Below, piece by piece: positions 37,339-45,333 of a stretch of DNA of 64,000 nt. The notes beneath the pieces are model-generated. The model searched no databases. It worked only from the letters and a program-made list of their open reading frames with translations, and was not told where the DNA came from. The stretch is from Deltaproteobacteria bacterium (lineage in GTDB: Bacteria > Desulfobacterota > Syntrophia > Syntrophales > JAFGHS01): the NCBI GenBank assembly GCA_016930075.1, contig JAFGHS010000140.1:676-64675 (forward strand). The letters are read 5' to 3'. How positions within the stretch are numbered: the first letter of the stretch is position 1; each line of letters opens with the position of its first letter. The translations under genes and the position numbers were made by a program.

Positions 37339-38484
37339 ATGAATAACGCCCTGAAAAATCTCCTTATCGTGCCGGTTCTCTGCCTGATTTTTGCTCTGTC
37401 TGCCTGTAGTGCTCAAGATGCCACCGGTCTAAATATCGTCATTGTGACCAGCCATTCCGGCGTCGACGACGGCTCCTTCAACCAGGATAATTACAACGGT
37501 ATCCTTGCCTTCATTGAGTCCCGCGGGAACATCGACACCGTAACCACCGTTCGGGAACCCACCGGCGATATTACCGCAGCCATTCAGGCTGTGGCTGATG
37601 TCGCAGCCGACTATGACGTCATCGTCACCCCGGGCTATCCGTTCGCCGCCATCGGTGACATCGCCGCTGCGAACCCGGACAAATACTTCATCCTTATCGA
37701 TTGTTTCCCGACCGATGCGGACGGCAACACCGTCGAACTGGATAACGTCTATGCCATGACCTTTGCGGAACAGGAAAGCGGCTTCTTCGCCGGCATTGCT
37801 GCTGCCATGGAAACCCATACCGGTAAGATTGCCGTCGTCAACGGCATCGCCTATCCTACCAATGTCAACTTTCAGTGGGGCTTCGAATCGGGCGTCAACT
37901 ACGCAAACGCCCATTTCGGCGCCGGCGCTCAGATTCTTGAGATTGCCGCATATGCCGGTACCGATGTGACCGGGAAAAACGTCGGAGGCAACTACATCGG
38001 CAGCTTCGCCGATATAGTTGCAGGCAAAGCCGTTGGCGAAGCCCTGATCGCAGAAGGTTGCGACATCATCTTCGTAGCGGCCGGCGATTCCGGCAACGGT
38101 GTCTTTGCCGCCGTCAAGGATGCCGGCATCTATGTGATCGGCGTCGATGTCGATCAGTACGATGACGGCGTGAGCGGCGATTCCAATATCATTCTTACGA
38201 GCGCCCTGAAGAACATGGCTGTCAATGTGGAACGTCAGTTGAACAAAATCGCCGATGGAACCTTTAGCGGCGGAAACTATCTGCTGAAGGCCGATACTGA
38301 TTCCACCGGTTACGTCTCCGCAGAAGGCCGCCAGCAGCTATCCGATAAGACGCTGGCCACCCTCTCCGAAGTTTACGAACGGGTCAAGAATGGCGCCATT
38401 ATTCCTTCGGCAAACTTCAATGGCTATACCCCTGAGAATTTCCCGGGACTTTACGCTGTGCTGAGAAAAGAAGAAATTAAATGA
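37339..38484 (+). CDS. BMP-family (PnrA/Med-like) ABC transporter substrate-binding lipoprotein
   Basis: 381 aa with lipobox LSAC|S. BMP pattern (DDGSFNQ, GYPF, FAEQESGFFAG, GVDVDQ). Confidence 0.88.
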   Translation: MNNALKNLLIVPVLCLIFALSACSAQDATGLNIVIVTSHSGVDDGSFNQDNYNGILAFIESRGNIDTVTTVREPTGDITAAIQAVADVAADYDVIVTPGYPFAAIGDIAAANPDKYFILIDCFPTDADGNTVELDNVYAMTFAEQESGFFAGIAAAMETHTGKIAVVNGIAYPTNVNFQWGFESGVNYANAHFGAGAQILEIAAYAGTDVTGKNVGGNYIGSFADIVAGKAVGEALIAEGCDIIFVAAGDSGNGVFAAVKDAGIYVIGVDVDQYDDGVSGDSNIILTSALKNMAVNVERQLNKIADGTFSGGNYLLKADTDSTGYVSAEGRQQLSDKTLATLSEVYERVKNGAIIPSANFNGYTPENFPGLYAVLRKEEIK

Positions 38485-38826
38485 ATTGATTGATGATATT
38501 TTACCGTACATTGATTAAGCGATAGAGTAAGACAGCTTTTTTAATAAACTGCCGATTATTTTGTTGACTTTACCACCATAAAAGACATTTTCAGCGGTTT
38601 TCAGACAGACCTATCCGTTACGCTTCATCTTGATTTCCAAAGCGTCATGATCGGATATGATCGTCCTATGAGTATTTTGGACCGTGATAGAGATAATCGT
38701 CGTTGAGGGGCGCTTGAGAGTGTTCATCCATCGTGTGTGGTGTGGAATACCGGCCTGTGCCGTACATGCAGGAAGGCGGATCAAGGATTTTCGGCGGCCT
38801 ATGGATCGGACGACGAGCCGCAATCT

Positions 38827-39600
38827 TCAGGCTTTCTCAAGCGTGGACAGCATATCTCTGTGAATCAATCCGTTTGAAGCGAGGATATGTGGGGTATCGA
38901 GAGAATAGGGCGCCCCGAACAGATTCGTCACCGTGCCGCCCGCTTCCGTTACGAGCAGCCACCCCGCCGCCGTGTCCCAGGGATTGAGTTTCAGTTCCCA
39001 GAATCCGTCGAAACGTCCGGCAGCGACATCAGCCAGGTCGAGGGCCGCCGACCCGGGCCGGCGAACGGCCTGGGCTTTCAGGATCATTGCTGCAAAGTAA
39101 TTGAGGTTGTTATTTTTATTGTGCCGGACGTCGTAGGGGAAGCCCGTGGCGAGCAGGCATTTTGACAGGTCCGTCGTTTTCGATACGGAAATCTTTTGAT
39201 CGTTTAAAAAAGCACCCTTCCCAATTTCAGCCACAAATAATTCATCCAGCATGGGATTGTAGATGACGCCCAAAATAATTTGTCCATCCAGTTCCAGGGC
39301 GATGGACACGCAATACACAGGATAGCGATGGGAGTAATTGGTTGTTCCGTCCAGGGGATCAATGATCCAGCGATAGGGCGACGGGTTCTCCACCCTACCC
39401 GCCTCTTCGGAAAGGATGGCATGGCTGGGAAACCGTTTTTGAATGTTTCCGATCAACAGGGCCTCCGATGCCTTGTCCGCTTCGGTGACGATGTCGATTT
39501 CGCCCTTATATTCAATGGTGTGAATGTCATTGAATTTGTTTTTGAGTAACGTTCCCGCTTCACGGGCCATGGCAACGGCAAATTCTCTGTAGTCGCTCAT
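38827..39600 (-). CDS. inositol monophosphatase family protein (SuhB-like)
   Basis: 257 aa with motifs EEAG, WIIDPLDGTTNY and WDTAAG. Confidence 0.9.
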   Translation of the reverse strand: MSDYREFAVAMAREAGTLLKNKFNDIHTIEYKGEIDIVTEADKASEALLIGNIQKRFPSHAILSEEAGRVENPSPYRWIIDPLDGTTNYSHRYPVYCVSIALELDGQIILGVIYNPMLDELFVAEIGKGAFLNDQKISVSKTTDLSKCLLATGFPYDVRHNKNNNLNYFAAMILKAQAVRRPGSAALDLADVAAGRFDGFWELKLNPWDTAAGWLLVTEAGGTVTNLFGAPYSLDTPHILASNGLIHRDMLSTLEKA

Positions 39601-39620
39601 CAGTCTATATCTCCAGGGGA

Positions 39621-42122
39621 TCAGAAATTATTGAATACCGTATCGGTCTTTATCATACGGAATATTTTTGCCGTATCGCTGTCCAGGCCGAGAACCTCCG
39701 TGAGGATATCAACCGGCCGCACCGCGCCGCCGCCTTCGCCGAGCATGGCCGCAAGCTTGATGGCGCGGCTTTGCTGATCGAGGGATAAGGTTTTTACCAG
39801 GGGCCGGATATTTTTCACGACCGCTTTGCCCTTCACCTCTCTGATAATGGTGAATTCTTCTGCCTTTAGAAAATGGGTGACTTTATCATCAAGAGCGGCG
39901 ACAGCGGCGTCGGGGATAGCATCGGGAATCTCCAACCGGTATTCAAATCCCTTTACGAGGTCAAATAACGTTTTCCCGTAAGACGGTATTTCTTCAATGG
40001 CGGTGATGTTAATGCCGGCGGGCAGGGCGGCATTGATTTTTTCCATCAGTTGCGGCAGACCGTAGCCTTTTCGGTCGGTGAAATTCTTAACATGTATTTC
40101 GCAATATTCGCCGAGGCTTTCCATGCCGACAGGCGTTGCTGAGGCGAAAGATATCTTGGGATGGGGGTGAAACCCCTGAGAGTACATGAATTCCAACCCA
40201 CTGCGATTGATCGCCCTGATTAAAAGGGTTGAAATCTCCAGATGGGCAAGAAACCGGGCCTTACCCCGTTTGGCAAATTGCATCCGCAGGCGTTTTTCTC
40301 CGGCCACGGAGCCGCCTGTCGCCGGGATTTGGGCCTTCGCCTCTTCCTGAGGCGCCTCTTCTGTGTCGGCGGTGATGATGCCGATATTTGTCTGATTGCA
40401 GACGCCGCAATCACTGCATGAGTCGGTACGGCAATCCGCCGTTAATTCGCCGTTCAGCGATTTTTGCGCTTCATCTCTCAAAAAATCAGGGGTGACGCCG
40501 CAGTCGATGTTTGCCCAGGGCAGGACCTCGGAAAATGGTCTTTCTCTCAGGCAGTCCTCGATCATAAGGCCTGTTTCATGGATGGCCTTCTCCCACAAAT
40601 CGAAGCGGAAGCGGTCGGACCAGCCGTCGAAACGGCAGCCCAGGCGATAGGCCCTTTCGATCAGCGCACCCATCCGCTCATCCCCACGGGCGAAAATCCC
40701 CTCAAGGAGGCTCATCCGGCTGTCATGCCATTTCACGCTGAGATTTCGATGTCGCAGGCGCTTTTTAAAATACGCCTGCTTTTCCAAGGTTTCTTCCATA
40801 CCGATCTGACGCTGCCACTGGAACGGCGTGTGCGACTTTGGCACAAAGGTGGACACGCTGACCGTCACCTGACCTCTATTCTTCCCTTCCCGGAGGCATT
40901 TATAACCGAGATCGACAATGCCTTCCAGGTCTTCTTCCGTTTCGCCGGGGAGCCCCAGCATGAAATAGAGTTTGACGGATTTCCAGCCCGCCTCGAAGAC
41001 CCTTCTCGTTGTAGCGAGGAGGTCCTCCTCCGTGTTTCCTTTATTGATCATATTTCTCAGGCGCTGGGTTCCGGCCTCCGGGGCGAGGGTAAAGCTGGTC
41101 TTGCGAACCCGCTTGATTTCTTCGATCAATCCGGCCGTCAGGGTCTCGACTCTCATGGAGGGGAGGGATAACGCCACTTTCTGTTCTGCATAACGATTTG
41201 CCAGCCGGATAAACAGGGGTTCAATCAAGCTGTAATCACCCGTGCTGAGGGATAAAAGGGACAACTCGTCGCAACCCGTGGCCTTCAACATGTCATCGGC
41301 CATTGTTTCGAGAACGCCTAAACGCCTCTCCCGGACGGGCCGCCAGGTCATTCCGGCCTGACAGAAACGGCAGCCCCGAGTGCATCCCCGGGCGATCTCG
41401 AGGGTGATCCGGTCATGGATCGTCCTCATCAGGGGCACGACGGGCAATATGGGGAAGGGCGCTTGATTGAGATCGGCGACAAGTCTTTTCCGGATGATTT
41501 CGCCGTGGGTGTGAATCTGCGGCACATAAACACCGGAAATACGGGCAAGGGCGTTAAGGAGGTTTTTTCGATCATGTCCTTTTTCTTTTTCCGCTATGAC
41601 GGTGCGGGCAATTTCCAAAATTACATCTTCTCCCTCGCCGATCACGAAGGCGTCGATGAAAGGCGACATGGGCGCCGGGTTGAAGCAGCAGGGGCCGCCG
41701 GCAATAACGATGGGATGGCCGTCCTGCCGGTCGCGGCTCCGGACGGGAATACCGCCCAAATCCAGCATATTCAATACATTCGTATAGGATAATTCATACT
41801 GGAGGGAAAAACCGACCATATCGAATTGATGGAGAGGGGTGTGCGATTCCAGGGTACTAAGCGGGACGTTGTGTTTCCTCAGATGCTGTTCCATATCCGG
41901 CCATGGCGCATAACACCTCTCTGCGGCCGCTTCCGGGATGCCGTTTAATATGGCGTAAAGAATTTGCAGGCCGAGATGAGACATGCCGACCTCGTACGTG
42001 TCGGGAAAGGCGAGGGCAAAGCTCAACTTGCATGCCGCCCGGTCTTTCTTGACAGCATTGACCTCCGCGCCGATATAGCGGCTCGGCTTTTCAACAAAAT
42101 AGAGGATGTCTTCTAAGTTCAT
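39621..42122 (-). CDS. B12-binding-domain radical SAM protein fused to DUF2344-like C-terminal domain (TIGR03960/TIGR03936-type, from memory)
   Basis: About 833 aa from MNLEDILYFVEKPSRYIG. Radical SAM cluster motif CTRGCRFCQAG. C-terminal ~230 aa resemble the stand-alone DUF2344 family. Confidence 0.85.
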   Translation of the reverse strand: MNLEDILYFVEKPSRYIGAEVNAVKKDRAACKLSFALAFPDTYEVGMSHLGLQILYAILNGIPEAAAERCYAPWPDMEQHLRKHNVPLSTLESHTPLHQFDMVGFSLQYELSYTNVLNMLDLGGIPVRSRDRQDGHPIVIAGGPCCFNPAPMSPFIDAFVIGEGEDVILEIARTVIAEKEKGHDRKNLLNALARISGVYVPQIHTHGEIIRKRLVADLNQAPFPILPVVPLMRTIHDRITLEIARGCTRGCRFCQAGMTWRPVRERRLGVLETMADDMLKATGCDELSLLSLSTGDYSLIEPLFIRLANRYAEQKVALSLPSMRVETLTAGLIEEIKRVRKTSFTLAPEAGTQRLRNMINKGNTEEDLLATTRRVFEAGWKSVKLYFMLGLPGETEEDLEGIVDLGYKCLREGKNRGQVTVSVSTFVPKSHTPFQWQRQIGMEETLEKQAYFKKRLRHRNLSVKWHDSRMSLLEGIFARGDERMGALIERAYRLGCRFDGWSDRFRFDLWEKAIHETGLMIEDCLRERPFSEVLPWANIDCGVTPDFLRDEAQKSLNGELTADCRTDSCSDCGVCNQTNIGIITADTEEAPQEEAKAQIPATGGSVAGEKRLRMQFAKRGKARFLAHLEISTLLIRAINRSGLEFMYSQGFHPHPKISFASATPVGMESLGEYCEIHVKNFTDRKGYGLPQLMEKINAALPAGINITAIEEIPSYGKTLFDLVKGFEYRLEIPDAIPDAAVAALDDKVTHFLKAEEFTIIREVKGKAVVKNIRPLVKTLSLDQQSRAIKLAAMLGEGGGAVRPVDILTEVLGLDSDTAKIFRMIKTDTVFNNF

Positions 42123-42124
42123 CG

Positions 42125-42505
42125 CTACGACGGCCTCTGATATTTGTACGGATTTTTTACAATGTCCGAATACTTGGACAGGCAAAACCGGCGAGCGAAG
42201 TCCGTATGGGAAAGGTACGGCAGGGAATCTTTTTTAAATGACGCAAGCAGATCATTTAATACAGTGTCTTTTTCTATGCTATTTACAAAAGTCCGCTCCA
42301 TGTGGTGTTCGTAAAACACCACATCGCCGAAGATCTTGCGGGTCAAATCGAATTGTTCCCGATTGCTGAAGAAAGATTCCTCCGGCTTGATTTCGATCTT
42401 AATAAGCAATTCCACTTTCGTCGTATCCGCCGCGATCTGCCGCGACAGATCATACACTTCCATGATCAGGCCGTTGGGCAGGGGTATTTTATCAACGCAG
42501 TTCAT
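42125..42505 (-). CDS. hypothetical protein (126 aa), translationally coupled to the radical SAM gene
   Basis: Clean ORF whose TAG stop lies 2 nt before the radical SAM ATG. No recognisable motifs. Confidence 0.5.
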   Translation of the reverse strand: MNCVDKIPLPNGLIMEVYDLSRQIAADTTKVELLIKIEIKPEESFFSNREQFDLTRKIFGDVVFYEHHMERTFVNSIEKDTVLNDLLASFKKDSLPYLSHTDFARRFCLSKYSDIVKNPYKYQRPS

Positions 42506-42574
42506 TTTTCACACTCGATTATTATAAGATTTTTCGATTGATGTTTACTTCTGATTTAACATGGAAAGCAAGAC

Positions 42575-42844
42575 TTATATTCGATCTTTCCCTAACGTCG
42601 TCAGGGATGGGGCATGCTTGCCGGCAGATTCCAGGCGGGAAACCGCGTTTTTTGTCGTCCCCATCAATTCCGCAACAGCCTCTTGCGTGAGGCCGGACTT
42701 TGATCGCGCCGACAGCATTTCACGAACAAGGTTATATTCTTCTTCCAGGGCTTTGTAGGCGTTTCGGAATCCCTCGCGTTCCCGAGCTTCTTTCAGAAAT
42801 GCCTTATGGTCATGTAAAACAGGTTCATATTTCATTTCAGTCAT
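42575..42844 (-). CDS. XRE-family HTH antitoxin (HigA-like), possibly C-terminally truncated
   Basis: 89 aa; ...SGLTQEAVAELMGTTKNAVSRLESAGKHAPSLTTL is the HTH typical of antitoxins paired with Gp49/HigB-type toxins. It ends abruptly after SLTTLGKDRI. Confidence 0.7.
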   Translation of the reverse strand: MTEMKYEPVLHDHKAFLKEAREREGFRNAYKALEEEYNLVREMLSARSKSGLTQEAVAELMGTTKNAVSRLESAGKHAPSLTTLGKDRI

Positions 42845-42947
42845 TTTGTATCTCCTTCATTCTTTTACGGGCTATTCTCAATTCCTGATCCGGAGTATCT
42901 TGCGTTTTCTTGATAAATGCGTGAGTGAAAGCAAGCGATGGAGTAAC
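42837..42947 (-). pseudogene. 3' fragment of a Gp49/HigB-like (RelE/ParE superfamily) toxin gene
   Basis: 36 codons (VTPSLAFTHAFIKKTQDTPDQELRIARKRMKEIQND) match the conserved C-terminus of this toxin family. In-frame TGA immediately upstream and no start codon. The stop overlaps the antitoxin ATG. Confidence 0.5.
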
Positions 42948-43009
42948 TCATGGGGGCTGGTTAGCACATTTGCTAACCAGCTTCAAATATCTTTTTGTTT
43001 CTTTTTGGC

Positions 43010-44152
43010 TTATTTTGATGCCACAGCAATCCAATTGTATGCTGTACCCTGATTGAGAACATCTCTTGGCGGGAGTCTCAGGGGAACGCCTGGATGGCTG
43101 TGTCCCATTATCTCCGAAGGCAAGGTATCGACACCATAGAGTTGTTTAGCCGATAGGTTTTCTTTTCCGGGGTATTGTGTATCACTGTAAATAACGATGT
43201 CTTTAAAACCAGCGCGAACCAGCAAACTCCGCAGCCCTTCCTCCGACCGACAATTAAGGCTCCAACCCGCGAAAGGATCATCCTTTGATCCGATATGCTG
43301 TATAAGAAAACTGGCCAGAGGGTCATGGCAATGCATATTGACATTTGATGAAGAAACTATGAGCTTGCCGCCTTCCGACAACTGTTCATAATCCATCATC
43401 AGTAGCGGCTCAGCGGCGAAGTCCTGAAGGCCGCAAATCACACCGATCTTGATGATCAGATCTGCTTTTTCTGTGCTCCTGACAAGACTCCTAGTAATAA
43501 ATCTGACCGTTTCCGGTCGAATCTTCCCCTGTTGCTCCAGATGTTTTGTCATCTTTTCACCCAATGAAATCGCTATAGTGTTTGTGTCATAATTTAGAAT
43601 CTGGGCAATTCTACCGTCACTGTATTGGGCGGCATTGAGCGTATCGAGACCGGTCCCCGCCCCAAGGTTCTTGATGATCAACGGTCTGCCCAAAGATTGA
43701 TAGAGATCATTAATCACCATAGGAATAACGGCATGCGATAGACATAGATGACGTCGACGGAGGGAGTCACACATGTCGAGAGAGAGAATGATCATATCCG
43801 TTTCTGAAATGTGGTTTGAAATGGGAGGCGAAAAATTGAGATCGTGTGTGTAAACCAGAAAAGGGAAACCAAAACCGAAATGGGCTGACTGGATTTCATT
43901 CAAAATGATGCTTCGGGATGCCAGTTCTTTTTGAGCCGCATGCACTTTCCCTCGATGTTTTGACGTCAAAAGCCGAATATCAACACCGGATGCGTCCTGA
44001 AATTCCATGAAATCGTTCCGGTTCAAGTATGATCCCGGATCATTGTCAAACCAAGATGTATCTAAAGGGACAAATATATCGTCCTGAGCTACCGATCCTG
44101 TTTGATCTGTTTTTGTCGATGTTGCCGGACGTCCGTCGGAGAATGCCGTCAT
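43010..44152 (-). CDS. hypothetical protein with class I SAM-dependent methyltransferase-like core
   Basis: 380 aa from the ATG after AAGGAGG. Motif I-like IIKNLGAGTGLD and post-I/II-like segments. The N-terminal ~160 aa are unassigned. Confidence 0.6.
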   Translation of the reverse strand: MTAFSDGRPATSTKTDQTGSVAQDDIFVPLDTSWFDNDPGSYLNRNDFMEFQDASGVDIRLLTSKHRGKVHAAQKELASRSIILNEIQSAHFGFGFPFLVYTHDLNFSPPISNHISETDMIILSLDMCDSLRRRHLCLSHAVIPMVINDLYQSLGRPLIIKNLGAGTGLDTLNAAQYSDGRIAQILNYDTNTIAISLGEKMTKHLEQQGKIRPETVRFITRSLVRSTEKADLIIKIGVICGLQDFAAEPLLMMDYEQLSEGGKLIVSSSNVNMHCHDPLASFLIQHIGSKDDPFAGWSLNCRSEEGLRSLLVRAGFKDIVIYSDTQYPGKENLSAKQLYGVDTLPSEIMGHSHPGVPLRLPPRDVLNQGTAYNWIAVASK

Positions 44153-44380
44153 ATACTTGCCTCCTTTTTTATGCATTGTTTGACTAAAAGAAATTTTTTC
44201 TTACAGTGGGTGCATCGATGAAATACTTCGATTACGCATTAGATAAAGCAGCACCATTGTAATGGCCACGTATCTAAGTCTAATGCATTGAATATGTCAA
44301 GTATATTCTGTGTAATGGATAGTTATTCCCCCATTAATTTTCTGTCACGATAGAAAAAATTTTAATTGGGGGATCAGGCA

Positions 44381-44698
44381 TTGAATGTTAAGCAAATGAT
44401 CGGCGCCAGGATTGGAGAAATGCGAAGGAAAAAAGGGATGACGCAAGAGGAATTGTCAGGAAAAATGGGCATCGGACCAAAATACTTGAGCAGTATTGAA
44501 CGGGGAAAGGAAAATCCCACGTTGAGTACATTGATCAATCTCGCGGATTCCTTAGGCGTTGATCTTGCTGAAATATTTATGTTTATTGAAATAGAAGATG
44601 TAACAAAACGGAAATCTCTAATAAACAAGCTATTGAATGAGGCAGACGGAGAACAACTGAAACTTGCCGTCAAAGTTTTATCTGCCATCATGCACTAA
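44381..44698 (+). CDS. XRE-family HTH transcriptional regulator
   Basis: IGARIGEMRRKKGMTQEELSGKMGIGPKYLSSIERGKENPTLSTLINLADSLGV. Start is TTG 44381 (after GGGGGA) or ATG 44396; the track start is TTG 44366. Confidence 0.75.
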   Translation: MNVKQMIGARIGEMRRKKGMTQEELSGKMGIGPKYLSSIERGKENPTLSTLINLADSLGVDLAEIFMFIEIEDVTKRKSLINKLLNEADGEQLKLAVKVLSAIMH

Positions 44699-44828
44699 AT
44701 AAATTCACAAATTGGACCATTTATGTTTATCTATAGTCAGCGTCCACCGTACGTATTGTAGAATCCTACAAGGCAAGGTTTATCCGGCAAATCGGGATAT
44801 ATTATCCATAGTTTCTCAGAAGAAATAA

Positions 44829-44857
44829 TTGACAAAGATCAAGGACTTCCCTATAGT
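44829..44857 (+). promoter_or_regulatory. candidate sigma70-type promoter of vapB-like gene
   Basis: TTGACA (44829-44834), 17-nt spacer, TATAGT (44852-44857). Confidence 0.5.
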
Positions 44858-44946
44858 TTAACTGTCCGAAGCAAAGGTATTGTCAAATAATAACGGGCAC
44901 TGGAATATCGGTGAAAAGCAATAATTTCATCGGTCGAGGAGGCTTT

Positions 44947-45198
44947 ATGGAAGCGATTCGTATTAAAGAAAAAATGAAGAGAGATGGAGAAATTCAATTA
45001 ACGGGGCTTCCCTTTAAAAAAGGCCAGCTTATCGAAATGATCGTCATGTCGGAAACAGCAGGTAAACGCACGAAGCCTTCAACGGCCCGGCAACTGCTTG
45101 AATCCGGGATTGTCGGCATGTGGAAGGATCGAAAGATCAGGGACAGCGCGGCTTATGCCCATACTTTACGGGAAAAAGCGCAAAACAGGATTATCTGA
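44947..45198 (+). CDS. type II antitoxin (VapB-like)
   Basis: 83 aa from the ATG after GAGGAGG. The C-terminal ...GMWKDRKIRDSAAYAHTLREKAQNR pattern is seen in antitoxins of PIN toxins. The stop overlaps the ATG of a PIN-gene stub (TGATG). Confidence 0.55.
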   Translation: MEAIRIKEKMKRDGEIQLTGLPFKKGQLIEMIVMSETAGKRTKPSTARQLLESGIVGMWKDRKIRDSAAYAHTLREKAQNRII

Positions 45199-45260
45199 TG
45201 ATTCTTCTTGATACGGATATTATGATCGACATCCTGAGTATCTTTTGGAACAACCGCTGA
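45198..45260 (+). pseudogene. 5' stub of a PIN-domain VapC toxin gene
   Basis: Encodes MILLDTDIMIDILSIFWNNR*. The first 13 residues are the canonical PIN N-terminus (first acidic residue in LDT-D); the rest of the gene is missing. Confidence 0.5.
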
Positions 45261-45333
45261 TTACCCTGCCTTATCCTTTATTTCGGCTGTCCTCCCCGCT
45301 TTGCCTCTCTTGAGGATATTTAAACCGAGCTTG

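Noticed and set aside
38485-38826. 70-aa minus-strand ORF (38611-38823) and other short frames in the gap between the BMP gene and suhB
   Set aside because: No RBS, no motifs, and no recognisable similarity by eye. It may be a gene remnant, but I cannot support any call.
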